DNA of 64,000 nucleotides from Escherichia coli (GTDB lineage Bacteria; Pseudomonadota; Gammaproteobacteria; Enterobacterales; Enterobacteriaceae): NCBI RefSeq assembly GCF_024700885.2, contig NZ_CP117016.1; one strand, 5' to 3'. Shown piece by piece: positions 32,923 to 45,400 of this stretch (position 1 is its first letter; each line of letters starts with the position of its first letter). The notes under the pieces were generated by a model. It saw only the letters and a program-made list of their open reading frames with translations, ran no database searches and was not told where the DNA came from. The position numbers and the translations under genes were made by a program.

Positions 32923-33333
32923 TCAGTTCCTATCCTTCCAGTTGCCTTCCTGCAGCCCCCCCTCCCTGCTGTATACCCCAGTACCACAACGCGGGCAGCA
33001 CTTTTCCCCCTCATAATCTTCGTCACACATCACACAAAACCACTTTCTCACCTTCACCGTATAATCCGGAACCGTCATGCCCTGCAGATGCAAACGACGG
33101 GCCTCTTTCTCTGCCGGGTCAAGCCAGGTGCATCGCAGCAGGATTTTCGCAGCAACAGTCATCTGGTCATGTTCAAACCACGGCGGTTGTCCGTCATTTC
33201 CCCGCTTAAGTGTTAACGGACAACCACAGGACACACAGCACAAAACGTCCTGTCGGTTGTGCTTCGCGGCTTCTTTCGCCGTAACAAAATGGCCTTTGCT
33301 GTCATTCGCCATATAGCAGTTCAGAATTCGCAT
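32923..33333 (-). CDS. Uncharacterised zinc-ribbon protein (paralog 1; PWFEH motif and CxxC pairs)
   Basis: 136 aa with AGGAGG RBS upstream; cysteine pairs (CCVSCGC, CVMC…CPRCGTG); paralogous to 34497..34895. Confidence 0.5.
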   Translation of the reverse strand: MRILNCYMANDSKGHFVTAKEAAKHNRQDVLCCVSCGCPLTLKRGNDGQPPWFEHDQMTVAAKILLRCTWLDPAEKEARRLHLQGMTVPDYTVKVRKWFCVMCDEDYEGEKCCPRCGTGVYSREGGLQEGNWKDRN

Positions 33334-33349
33334 ATCTCCTCCTTGTATC

Positions 33350-34495
<1,146 letters not shown>

Positions 34496-34496
34496 T

Positions 34497-34895
34497 TCAA
34501 GACAGTTGCTGAGCTGTCCGGGGAAGACTGAAACCTCCGGTCTGGCAGTGTGTGCAGTACCGCTCCCCATAATAATCGTGGTGACATTGTCTGCAGTGCC
34601 AGCTGGCTTTACGCACCACGGGTAAGGCATCCGGTACGAATTGCTGCAGACGTTTAATCAACTGTATTTCTCTGCGCTCCGGCCTGACATAAGGGCACTG
34701 TTGACCGTGCTCTGTCAGCCTGTCGTCAGTGTGTTCAAACCAGGGACGTTCAGTGTCGTATTGCGGATGGTAACTGAGTGCACTGCCACACAAGTGGCAG
34801 GTGTAGTTAGCATAAGGTGCGGCCTGTGCAGTACGGGCGCCCGTCAGACGTCCGTTGCCATCAAGAGCGATAAAGGATTTTGCGTACATAGTCAT
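34497..34895 (-). CDS. Uncharacterised zinc-ribbon protein (paralog 2)
   Basis: 132 aa; shares the PWFEH motif and C-terminal CxxC…CxxC with paralog 1; RBS present. Confidence 0.5.
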   Translation of the reverse strand: MTMYAKSFIALDGNGRLTGARTAQAAPYANYTCHLCGSALSYHPQYDTERPWFEHTDDRLTEHGQQCPYVRPERREIQLIKRLQQFVPDALPVVRKASWHCRQCHHDYYGERYCTHCQTGGFSLPRTAQQLS

Positions 34896-35055
34896 ATTCC
34901 TCAGCCGCCAGACGACACGCAGGCAACAGCCGTCCCGGTACGGGCAGCGTGGTCAGGTGTGAATAGCGGTTTTCAGTTCAGTCTCAGAAGGGAAAATCAG
35001 TGTGGTCGCTGTGAACGCGTCATCACACTAAGGTCAGATAAGTCGTCTGTCGGGC

Positions 35056-35661
35056 TCAGCCACGACTGCAGCCAAAGTTGCGCTCACCGGTGCAGTGAGC
35101 TTTGGTATGTTCCTTCGCCAGATAGTCAGCACGTTCCAGCACCTGCTGAAAGCCAGTGTCATCATCGCGTTCCAGCCACACCGCCGGCCAGGCCGGAAAA
35201 TGCACCAGCGTGGCATGGCACCCGACATCCACTCCCAGGGCACTGCACCACGCCTGTTTAATCATCCCGGCCAGTGATCCCGGAGCACGGTAATCACCGG
35301 CACGACACCAGGTATCCCGGTTAACCAGCAGCATCAGGTGATAGTGTTTTTTACCTTTGCACTCCCCAAACTCCCGGGCCCAGACGTAATGCAGGGTGGT
35401 GGGATGCACGCGTTTACCTTCCCGATGCTTACGTTTCTGGTAAGCGTCGATTCGGGCTTTCAGGGCATTGATGAAGCGGGATATCACAGCTGCGTCCGTT
35501 GCTGCCGGTACATCCGGGAAACGCAGGTCAACCCGCAATGCCGTCAGGCGGGGATGAACATTCAGTGCGTGCCGCACCGTCTCACGAATACGTTGCTGCC
35601 AGAAGGGGTTGTATTTGTAGGTCATGGTTAAATCTCCGTATGGTTCATACGGAATAGCCAC
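35056..35661 (-). CDS. YagK/YfjJ-family (Inovirus Gp2-like domain) protein
   Basis: 201 aa; family resemblance recalled from CP4-type cryptic prophages; immediately upstream of zinc-ribbon paralog 2 on the same strand. Confidence 0.5.
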   Translation of the reverse strand: MAIPYEPYGDLTMTYKYNPFWQQRIRETVRHALNVHPRLTALRVDLRFPDVPAATDAAVISRFINALKARIDAYQKRKHREGKRVHPTTLHYVWAREFGECKGKKHYHLMLLVNRDTWCRAGDYRAPGSLAGMIKQAWCSALGVDVGCHATLVHFPAWPAVWLERDDDTGFQQVLERADYLAKEHTKAHCTGERNFGCSRG

Positions 35662-35824
35662 GTCGTAAAAAATGCGCAGAGTCCCTGAAGTGACCTCCGG
35701 CAGGACACTGTCTCAGGCACTCTGAGATAACCCGAACGGTCGTCTCCGGACTGACGGTTGAATTTTCAGCGTTGTTTTTTTAATGTAAAAAACCGGTTAC
35801 GGGTAAGGCTGTGAGGAGGGCGTT

Positions 35825-36025
35825 ATGGTGATACGCAAAAAGAAGTGCAGGGACTGTGGAAACGCGATTACTCATAATACTGTGTATTGCCCGTATTGTG
35901 GTTCTGTCGACCCCTTCGGCTATTACCGGAATACAGACCGTATCGTTACCATACTGCTGGCACTGATTATTGTGGTCCTGCTGACTACTGTCAGCGTCAG
36001 TGTGTATATACTGTGTAGCTGGTGA
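35825..36025 (+). CDS. Small zinc-ribbon membrane protein (66 aa)
   Basis: GAGGAG RBS 6 nt upstream; CRDCG…CPYCG zinc ribbon followed by one hydrophobic helix (IVTILLALIIVVLLTTVSVSVYIL). Confidence 0.4.
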   Translation: MVIRKKKCRDCGNAITHNTVYCPYCGSVDPFGYYRNTDRIVTILLALIIVVLLTTVSVSVYILCSW

Positions 36026-37347
36026 GATAACGGTTCATGTATCCCCTGAGCTGACAGTGTACCGGTTATATTAAGCGTAACCGACAGGTTCTCCTTCATA
36101 CCATATTAAATTTTTCCAGGTATTGCCGCTGCCTTATTTCGTCCCATACAGGAAAACTCGTCTGGGTTTCTGACAAATACGTGAAACTCACAGCCCCTCA
36201 ATATCAACCACACGCTGTAAGCCGGTAATACCTGAAAATCAGCCCATTACCGCCCACGCCTCCGGCACCATTCCCTTTTGATTTCGAATTCTTTGTTGTC
36301 GCTATACCGCTTAACGTTCCCGGTATTATCCTGGTTCCCGACAACAGGAACATATTCAGCTTTTAATAACCTGAGAAGAGCCAATAAGAATCACAAAGCG
36401 GATAACACCTGGTGCGATGCAGTTGTGATTACCGAACGCTCAGATGACATATTTCCAGACTGAAGCGGGAACACGATCGTAAAGCTTGTTCATTGTCAGT
36501 TCTGCCAGCCAGTGATCAACCACAGAGTTGAAGGCTTCCAGTTCCGCAGAGGTAAGTTTATAACGCGTGTGGGAAATCACTTTTTCCAGCGTCTCCCGGG
36601 ATGAACAACGACGGAACTGCTTTGGTTTTAACTTCCATTAGCCTCTCATCACTTTATGCTGCAATTAACGTGATACTGTCAGCATACCGCCAGACTGGCA
36701 TTCTGGTACCCACCCCAAACTCATTACTCCCGAGCCACCACTTAACCGGTCTCTCAGACTGTCACTCACCAGGTCGGATATGTTTACCGCTCAGACGGAT
36801 GCTTAATGCACTCTGTTCACGTACATTGCAGATACGTTTTATATACGCGGGTTATACGCCAGCTATCAGGGATAGCGCAGTCTGTTGCTACTGCGTTCTC
36901 ATCATGCCCACTGATCACACTCACCGTGTTTATTTCACATATATGAACTCATGTATTTGATCTCATGTGTTTGATCTCTCTTATATATTTATAATACCAA
37001 TCAGACAGTCTTATCCCATCGGTGATACCTGTCGCCTGCCCACCGGACACGGTCTGCCCCATCGTAACCGCTCCGTAAATAACTCTGCAATTATCAGAAC
37101 GCCAGTTTTCCCCTCTTCCTCACGAAAATCATCCCTTCTTTATCGCGCGCGCGTGCGGAAGCATCGTTTCGTAACAACCACCCGGCATACCGGTACGGCT
37201 CAGCCACCGTAACCTCCCCGTTTATCTCCTGGCGGTCACATTCCCGATTATTTTTTACGTTTCTCCCCGGTTGTTATGCCGGTGAAGGTGGTGCGTTGTT
37301 TTCATGACCACACCGGCTGGTTTAACAACATCCGGAGGAACATTCTC

Positions 37348-37554
37348 ATGATCACCCCAGTTTCACTGATGGATGACCAGATGGTCGACATGGCATTTAT
37401 CACTCAACTGACCGGCCTGACCGATAAGTGGTTTTACAAACTCATCAAGGATGGTGACTTTCCTGCGCCCATCAAAATGGGCCGCAGCTCCCGATGGCTG
37501 AAAAGCGAAGTGGAAGCCTGGCTGCAGGCGCGTATTGCACAGTCCCGTCCGTAA
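37348..37554 (+). CDS. alpA: AlpA-family phage transcriptional regulator / excisionase-like HTH protein
   Basis: 68 aa from the internal ATG with GGAGG RBS; MITPVSLMDDQMVDMAFITQLTGLTDKWFYKLIKDGDFPAPIKMGRSSRW is a typical AlpA fold. Confidence 0.7.
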   Translation: MITPVSLMDDQMVDMAFITQLTGLTDKWFYKLIKDGDFPAPIKMGRSSRWLKSEVEAWLQARIAQSRP

Positions 37555-37634
37555 TTCTTAACCGTTCATCTGCAACAGACGCAGTCTCCGGCCTGCCGGC
37601 GGCGTTCTGCTGCCTGTTATCCCCCGTGAGGAAT

Positions 37635-38243
37635 ATGAAAATGAAACCACAGTATCAGACCCGTTACGAGCTGCTCCACGAAAGCTACCAGAAATGGCTG
37701 ACCGGCTTCACCCGGCACGCCGTATCCTGGGGCGTGTGTCATCCGAATATCTACTACTTCCATAATCTGACGCCCGGGTGGGTGTCATTCAATGGTGAAA
37801 AACCGGAGATTGCCATCGTACCCCAGAGTCTGCACCGGCTGATTTATGGTCCGGACAAACGGACCACGCCGCCCCTGGATGATGATCTGATAGTGAATTT
37901 ATGCACCAGTGAACATCTGCTGGTTCATCATCCGATGCTGGAAGGCATTCTCCTGTCTGAATGTGAACGTCTGAGGCAGCGTTCGCTGGCAAATAAACTG
38001 ATCAGCCTCTTCCGTCAGTTTGGTGGCACGGAGTTGCGCCTCAAACTGGTCTGGCTTTGCTGGCTTGATTTAATGACCGGAAACTGCCTTGACGACTGGA
38101 CGGAGAATCTGAAACGGAAATCAGAAAAAGAGCTGGAGGAATGGATCATCAACCGTCAGAAGCAGAGCGCAGCACTGACGGATCTGATGGATCAGTACGT
38201 GCTCCTGGCATACCGCACAACGGTTGACGATAAGCGCACCTGA
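37635..38243 (+). CDS. Hypothetical protein (202 aa), island-associated, function unknown
   Basis: ORF with GTGAGG RBS immediately downstream of alpA; no recognisable catalytic motif. Confidence 0.5.
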   Translation: MKMKPQYQTRYELLHESYQKWLTGFTRHAVSWGVCHPNIYYFHNLTPGWVSFNGEKPEIAIVPQSLHRLIYGPDKRTTPPLDDDLIVNLCTSEHLLVHHPMLEGILLSECERLRQRSLANKLISLFRQFGGTELRLKLVWLCWLDLMTGNCLDDWTENLKRKSEKELEEWIINRQKQSAALTDLMDQYVLLAYRTTVDDKRT

Positions 38244-38564
38244 TGCCAGTTGTTTCAGGGAAGCTGGTATCCGGGCAGGGTGCCAGGGCTGACTGAACGG
38301 CCTGTCTGCCTGCCGTTTCGCTCTCCGTGCGTTCTGTCACACGCTGCACCTGAACGCCGGACTGCGGGCACGCAGACAGGAAAGTCGCAGGCTGGAACTT
38401 CTGACCGGCGGGTATCAGTTATATGCCTGTTGATTCATCACCACCACGCAGCTCCTGAGCTTTAGTTCATCACCGATATTCATACATCTGAATATCGGTG
38501 ATGAAATCCCCATAATAATCAATCATCTAAGTCTGAAGCATAATGGAGAAAAACTGCTCACCGG

Positions 38565-40049
38565 TTACTTCGCTCTCAGCTTATTGTAGTGATAACCCGA
38601 GGTAAAAATACCAGAGACATCAGACAACTTTAAACTGGCTATCTGGGGAAGCAGAACATACATGGTTTTTCCTTCCGGCACGACAGAAAGCCTGAACTGA
38701 GATTCAAGAATGTTCAGCAATGCGTTCAGTTTTTTCCTGTTTCTGAACCGACCCGGGCCACACTGGAGAATATAATTTTTCCTGACACGGGGTGGGCATT
38801 CTCCGCGGCACTCCTCAATGAGCCAGTCGAACAGCTCCTCGGCGTCCTTCTGCTGCAGTTCAGATTCATCAGGTAACGCAAATAATTTTTTATATTCATC
38901 TGTGTACCACGAACTTATTACGACAGCAGACGTCATGATATCGGCAGAGATTTTCCCTTCACCATAGCTGAAATACTGAAATAACGCTGCAATTCTTGCA
39001 ATGTTTTCTGTTTTTTTTGAAACATGTCCTCGAAACGGGCTTAAGGGTCCGGAAGGGGATAAATCCTGCTCCAGAACATTATAGTGCTCAATAAATATTT
39101 TTTGCGCTTCAGGCGAAAAATGCAGACAATACCGTTCATCCTCACTGGATTTTTCAATACTGCCTCTGGCCAGTTCCATTAATCGTTCATGAAATGCCGT
39201 TAATAATCCTCCCGGAATCACAGCTCCGTTAATAAAGCGTTTCCCCTGCGTGGTTGCAGGTTTACTGATAAGACAACGGGCAAGAAAACCACTGTCCCTG
39301 GCAACAGAACCTTTTCGCTCCATATATCGGTCAAAAAGACCGGGTTGCACCATGAGGGATAACGTCATTCTGGCATTTTCAATCATCTGTTCGGGTTCAT
39401 TCTTTCTGTCCACAGACAATACAGAGCCATCCCACATTTTGTTAATAAAAGGCAACTCAGACAGGGTATATCCATCAAATATAATACCGGCTTCATCTGA
39501 CATAATACCCACTGAACGCCATTTACCACAAAGCTGATTCTTAATTGCCGCAGTCGTGGCATCATTAAAAATGAATTTATACCTCACAGGTTCTTCCGCA
39601 CTGTTTTTCTGAAGTACTTCCAGTTGTCTGAGGGTTTCTGACTCATCCGCGCCTTTGCGGAGTTCTTTATTCAGTTTTGACAACAATGCTTTTTTCTGAG
39701 CCTTTAAAAGCTCTTCCTTGTTTTTCCAGACAGCCAGTTCACTTTTGTATCTGGAATATAACTGCATCTCCTGCTGGTACAGGGGCTTCATTAATAATTT
39801 GTCCACTGCGGTTTTTCGTTCTCCGGACTCGGCAAGCGTCAGGAAAAAAAGAGAGACCGGCCCCCGCAGTGTATTCAGTCTGCAGACATCAATCAGATTC
39901 TGGCAGACAAGTGAAACAGCGCCCAGGGCAGACGCTGCCACAAGCCCAAGGGGAGCCTGCGTAATTTGCTGAGCTTCAATAACGGCATCACGAATGAGTG
40001 GAGGCAGCGAACTCAGGGGAAACTCATCACAAGGCTGACCGAATGACAT
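38565..40049 (-). CDS. DUF3987-domain protein (YfjI-like)
   Basis: 494 aa from MSFGQPCDEF with GAGG RBS; resemblance to CP4-57 YfjI recalled from memory. Confidence 0.6.
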   Translation of the reverse strand: MSFGQPCDEFPLSSLPPLIRDAVIEAQQITQAPLGLVAASALGAVSLVCQNLIDVCRLNTLRGPVSLFFLTLAESGERKTAVDKLLMKPLYQQEMQLYSRYKSELAVWKNKEELLKAQKKALLSKLNKELRKGADESETLRQLEVLQKNSAEEPVRYKFIFNDATTAAIKNQLCGKWRSVGIMSDEAGIIFDGYTLSELPFINKMWDGSVLSVDRKNEPEQMIENARMTLSLMVQPGLFDRYMERKGSVARDSGFLARCLISKPATTQGKRFINGAVIPGGLLTAFHERLMELARGSIEKSSEDERYCLHFSPEAQKIFIEHYNVLEQDLSPSGPLSPFRGHVSKKTENIARIAALFQYFSYGEGKISADIMTSAVVISSWYTDEYKKLFALPDESELQQKDAEELFDWLIEECRGECPPRVRKNYILQCGPGRFRNRKKLNALLNILESQFRLSVVPEGKTMYVLLPQIASLKLSDVSGIFTSGYHYNKLRAK

Positions 40050-41278
40050 AGTAACCTCACTACACACAGATATAAAAGCACTGCAATTCTGGCTATTAAT
40101 AGCAAAAATAGCAGTCAAATCAATATGAGGTAAAAATTTTTGTTGATTTAATGGTTAAATAATAACCACAGTGTGTTTTGCTGCTGAAGAAAGACAAAAT
40201 GAATCTGTGTGTCCCCTCCTTCCCTTCAGAGCACATCCACTATTCAAATTTTACACAACCACGTACGAACAAAAAGCATCATCCCGGGTATTGCAGATAC
40301 CGGTTTCCTGCCGGGATGAATCATAAACAGAACACCGGGAATAACGCCTTCAGGAATCCCCCCCTCCTGAAGAAGAATAAAATAAAGAAGACTACAGTTC
40401 CTGCACTGTATGCTGAGTACAATATTCTATGGACAGGATGACATATTTATAAATAACAAAAACCATTTAATACTGATACATCAATAAAATACTTCCTCCC
40501 TGCTGACGCAGATAAAATGCACCATTTTTTCTTCAAATACTTCTGTATAATCGCCAGCCAATGATGAGAATGGATTAAAATAACACTTCTTCGACAAACA
40601 CAAAAACAGCCTTCATTTTACATCATCATCCAGTTTCAGTTAACCCCGGACGAGCAACAGCGTTTCAGTACAGGAATTAAAAGCCAGCTTTTGCTCAGTA
40701 AAAACACACTCAACTAATAATATCTCAGCAGATATTATCCTGACCAGGACACCTCACATTACTGAATTCTCTTCCGACAGTATCACTGCACAAATAAAAA
40801 AGAACGGGATAAATATTCAGACCGGAAGAATGGTGTCACAAAAGCATTTAATCATTACGCATGACCAGGAAGGGAAACACTTAACCACATGGTATCAACA
40901 GATATCATTACGTGTGCACCCTTATAAAAAACACACAGAAGAAGTAAGATAATTATAAATGTAAATTTAATATCTCCCACTGACATCTCCCCCACAATAC
41001 ACTGAAAAATACTCACAGCAGTAAACACAGACACACCTGATAATCATGCAGCCGATAAATATTTTCCCCTTTACGGAGAAATCAGCCTGCTGTTTAACAA
41101 TAACGGCGTATTTTCATGGAAGGAGATCACCCAGTAACGGATAAGTCCTGATCTCCTTCATGTTAATACGCAACAATCCCATCGATTAAAAACAATTTCA
41201 GACAGATATTATCTCCGTGAATCCCCCGCCACCTTTCCGGTGCGCGGGATTTTGTCTTTTTTCACCGGGAATACATGT

Positions 41279-42151
41279 ATGAATCCGTCTGATGCCATTG
41301 AGGCAATTGAAAAACCGCTCTCCTCCCTGCCTTACTCGCTTTCCCGTCACATCCTGGAACATCTGCGCAAACTCACCCGTCACGAACCCGTGATTGGCAT
41401 TATGGGTAAAAGCGGGGCCGGTAAATCCTCACTCTGTAATGCACTGTTTCAGGGGGAGGTCACCCCGGTCAGTGATGTTCACGCCGGCACCCGGGAAGTA
41501 CGGCGCTTCCGTCTGAGTGGCCACGGTCACAGCATGGTTATCACTGACCTGCCCGGGGTGGGCGAGAGCCGGGACAGGGATGCAGAGTATGAGGCCCTGT
41601 ACCGTGACATTCTGCCTGAACTTGACCTGGTACTGTGGCTGATTAAAGCCGATGACCGTGCCCTGTCTGTGGATGAGTATTTCTGGCGACACATCCTGCA
41701 CCGGGGACATCAGCGGGTACTGTTTGTGGTGACGCAGGCCGACAAAACGGAGCCCTGCCATGAATGGGATATGGCCGGTATTCAGCCTTCTCCTGCACAG
41801 GCACAGAATATTCGCGAAAAAACGGAGGCGGTATTCCGTCTGTTCCGGCCCGTACATCCGGTTGTGGCCGTATCGGCCCGCACCGGCTGGGAACTGGATA
41901 CGCTGGTCAGTGCGCTCATGACAGCGCTTCCCGACCATGCCGCCAGTCCCCTGATGACCCGACTGCAGGACGAGCTGCGCACGGAATCTGTCCGGTCTCA
42001 GGCCCGTGAACAGTTTACCGGTGCGGTGGACCGGATATTTGACACAGCGGAGAGCGTCTGTGTTGCCTCTGTTGTCCGTACGGCCCTGCGCGCTGTTCGT
42101 GACACGGTGGTCTCTGTTGCCCGTGCGGTATGGAACTGGATTTTCTTCTGA
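41279..42151 (+). CDS. yeeP: 50S ribosome-binding-type GTPase of the YeeP/YkfA/YfjP family
   Basis: 290 aa from MNPSDAIEAIEK; G1 P-loop GKSGAGKSS and G3 DLPGVGE; located immediately upstream of flu as in CP4-44. Confidence 0.8.
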   Translation: MNPSDAIEAIEKPLSSLPYSLSRHILEHLRKLTRHEPVIGIMGKSGAGKSSLCNALFQGEVTPVSDVHAGTREVRRFRLSGHGHSMVITDLPGVGESRDRDAEYEALYRDILPELDLVLWLIKADDRALSVDEYFWRHILHRGHQRVLFVVTQADKTEPCHEWDMAGIQPSPAQAQNIREKTEAVFRLFRPVHPVVAVSARTGWELDTLVSALMTALPDHAASPLMTRLQDELRTESVRSQAREQFTGAVDRIFDTAESVCVASVVRTALRAVRDTVVSVARAVWNWIFF

Positions 42152-42249
42152 ACCTGTCGTGACTGATGCCCTCCCTGACTCTGAGTCTGCTCACAAAAGC
42201 ACTGTTTTCGTTACTGTCTCTCTTGTCCGTGCAATAGCTCAATAATAGA

Positions 42250-42300
42250 ATAAAACGATCGATATCTATTTTATCGATCGTTTATATCGATCGATAAGCT
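42250..42300 (+). promoter_or_regulatory. flu/agn43 phase-variation switch: three Dam GATC sites within the OxyR-binding region
   Basis: aaaacGATCgatatctattttatcGATCgtttatatcGATCgataagc (GATC at 42257, 42276, 42289), the characteristic agn43 regulatory sequence. Confidence 0.7.
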
Positions 42301-42478
42301 AATAATAACCTTTGTCAGTAACATGCACAGATACGTACAGAAAGACATTCAGGGAACAACAGAACCACAATTCAGAAACTCCCACAGCCGGACCTCCGGC
42401 ACTGTAACCCTTTACCTGCCGGTATCCACGTTTGTGGGTACCGGCTTTTTTATTCACCCTCAATCTAAGGAAAAGCTG

Positions 42479-45400
42479 ATGAAACGACATCTGAATACCT
42501 GCTACAGGCTGGTATGGAATCACATTACGGGCGCTTTCGTGGTTGCCTCCGAACTGGCCCGCGCACGGGGTAAACGTGGCGGTGTGGCGGTTGCACTGTC
42601 TCTTGCCGCAGTCACGTCACTCCCGGTGCTGGCTGCTGACATCGTTGTGCACCCGGGAGAAACCGTGAACGGCGGAACACTGGCAAATCATGACAACCAG
42701 ATTGTCTTCGGTACGACCAACGGAATGACCATCAGTACCGGGCTGGAGTATGGGCCGGATAACGAGGCCAATACCGGCGGGCAATGGGTACAGGATGGCG
42801 GAACAGCCAACAAAACGACTGTCACCAGTGGTGGTCTTCAGAGAGTGAACCCCGGTGGAAGTGTCTCAGACACGGTTATCAGTGCCGGAGGCGGACAGAG
42901 CCTTCAGGGACGGGCAGTGAACACCACGCTGAATGGTGGCGAACAGTGGATGCATGAGGGGGCGATAGCCACAGGAACCGTCATTAATGATAAGGGCTGG
43001 CAGGTCGTCAAGCCCGGTACAGTGGCAACGGATACCGTTGTTAATACCGGGGCGGAAGGGGGACCGGATGCAGAAAACGGTGATACCGGGCAGTTTGTTC
43101 GCGGGGATGCCGTACGCACAACCATCAATAAAAACGGTCGCCAGATTGTGAGAGCTGAAGGAACGGCAAATACCACTGTGGTTTATGCCGGCGGCGACCA
43201 GACTGTACATGGTCACGCACTGGATACCACGCTGAATGGGGGATACCAGTATGTGCACAACGGCGGTACAGCGTCTGACACTGTTGTGAACAGTGACGGC
43301 TGGCAGATTGTCAAAAACGGGGGTGTGGCCGGGAATACCACCGTTAATCAGAAGGGCAGACTGCAGGTGGACGCCGGTGGTACAGCCACGAATGTCACCC
43401 TGAAGCAGGGCGGCGCACTGGTTACCAGTACGGCTGCAACCGTTACCGGCATAAACCGCCTGGGAGCATTCTCTGTTGTGGAGGGTAAAGCTGATAATGT
43501 CGTACTGGAAAATGGCGGACGCCTGGATGTGCTGACCGGACACACAGCCACTAATACCCGCGTGGATGATGGCGGAACGCTGGATGTCCGCAACGGTGGC
43601 ACCGCCACCACCGTATCCATGGGAAATGGCGGTGTACTGCTGGCCGATTCCGGTGCCGCTGTCAGTGGTACCCGGAGCGACGGAAAGGCATTCAGTATCG
43701 GAGGCGGTCAGGCGGATGCCCTGATGCTGGAAAAAGGCAGTTCATTCACGCTGAACGCCGGTGATACGGCCACGGATACCACGGTAAATGGCGGACTGTT
43801 CACCGCCAGGGGCGGCACACTGGCGGGCACCACCACGCTGAATAACGGCGCCATACTTACCCTTTCCGGGAAGACGGTGAACAACGATACCCTGACCATC
43901 CGTGAAGGCGATGCACTCCTGCAGGGAGGCTCTCTCACCGGTAACGGCAGCGTGGAAAAATCAGGAAGTGGCACACTCACTGTCAGCAACACCACACTCA
44001 CCCAGAAAGCCGTCAACCTGAATGAAGGCACGCTGACGCTGAACGACAGTACCGTCACCACGGATGTCATTGCTCAGCGCGGTACAGCCCTGAAGCTGAC
44101 CGGCAGCACTGTGCTGAACGGTGCCATTGACCCCACGAATGTCACTCTCGCCTCCGGTGCCACCTGGAATATCCCCGATAACGCCACGGTGCAGTCGGTG
44201 GTGGATGACCTCAGCCATGCCGGACAGATTCATTTCACCTCCACCCGCACAGGGAAGTTCGTACCGGCAACCCTGAAAGTGAAAAACCTGAACGGACAGA
44301 ATGGCACCATCAGCCTGCGTGTACGCCCGGATATGGCACAGAACAATGCTGACAGACTGGTCATTGACGGCGGCAGGGCAACCGGAAAAACCATCCTGAA
44401 CCTGGTGAACGCCGGCAACAGTGCGTCGGGGCTGGCGACCAGCGGTAAGGGTATTCAGGTGGTGGAAGCCATTAACGGTGCCACCACGGAGGAAGGGGCC
44501 TTTGTCCAGGGGAACAGGCTGCAGGCCGGTGCCTTTAACTACTCCCTCAACCGGGACAGTGATGAGAGCTGGTATCTGCGCAGTGAAAATGCTTATCGTG
44601 CAGAAGTCCCCCTGTATGCCTCCATGCTGACACAGGCAATGGACTATGACCGGATTGTGGCAGGCTCCCGCAGCCATCAGACCGGTGTAAATGGTGAAAA
44701 CAACAGCGTCCGTCTCAGCATTCAGGGCGGTCATCTCGGTCACGATGACAATGGCGGTATTGCCCGTGGGCCACGCCGGAAAGCAGCGGCAGCTATGGCT
44801 TCGTCCGCCTGGAGGGTGACCTGCTGAGAACAGAGGTTGCCGGTATGTCTGTGACCGCAGGGATATATGGTGCTGCAGGCCATTCTTCCGTTGATGTTAA
44901 GGATGATGACGCCTCCCGTGCCGGCACGGTCCGGGATGATGCCGGCAGCCTGGGCGGATACCTGAATCTGATACACAACGCCTCCGGACTGTGGGCTGAC
45001 ATTGTGGCCCTGGGAACCCGCCACAGCATGAAAGCGTCAACGGACAATAACGACTTCCGCGCCCGGGGTTGGGGCTGGCTGGGTTCACTGGAAACCGGTC
45101 TGCCCTTCAGTATCACTGACAACCTGATGCTGGAGCCACAACTGCAGTATACCTGGCAGGGACTTTCCCTGGATGACGGTAAGGACAACGCCGGTTATGT
45201 GAAGTTCGGGCATGGCAGTGCACAACATGTGCGTGCCGGTTTCCGTCTGGGCAGCCACAACGATATGACCTTTGGCGAAGGCACCTCATCCCGTGCCCCC
45301 CTGCGTGACAGTGCAAAACACAGTGTGAGTGAATTACCGGTGAACTGGTGGGTACAGCCTTCTGTTATCCGCACCTTCAGCTCCCGGGGAGATATGCGTG

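Noticed and set aside
40178-40441. 87-codon ORF in the AT-rich gap
   Set aside because: Low-complexity, lysine/asparagine-rich, no RBS.
42152-42249. Possible isrC-like small RNA between yeeP and flu
   Set aside because: The position matches where K-12 carries isrC, but I cannot confirm the sequence or structure from memory.
43961-44743. 260-codon minus-strand ORF
   Set aside because: Antisense to the flu passenger domain; repetitive G/T-rich translation.
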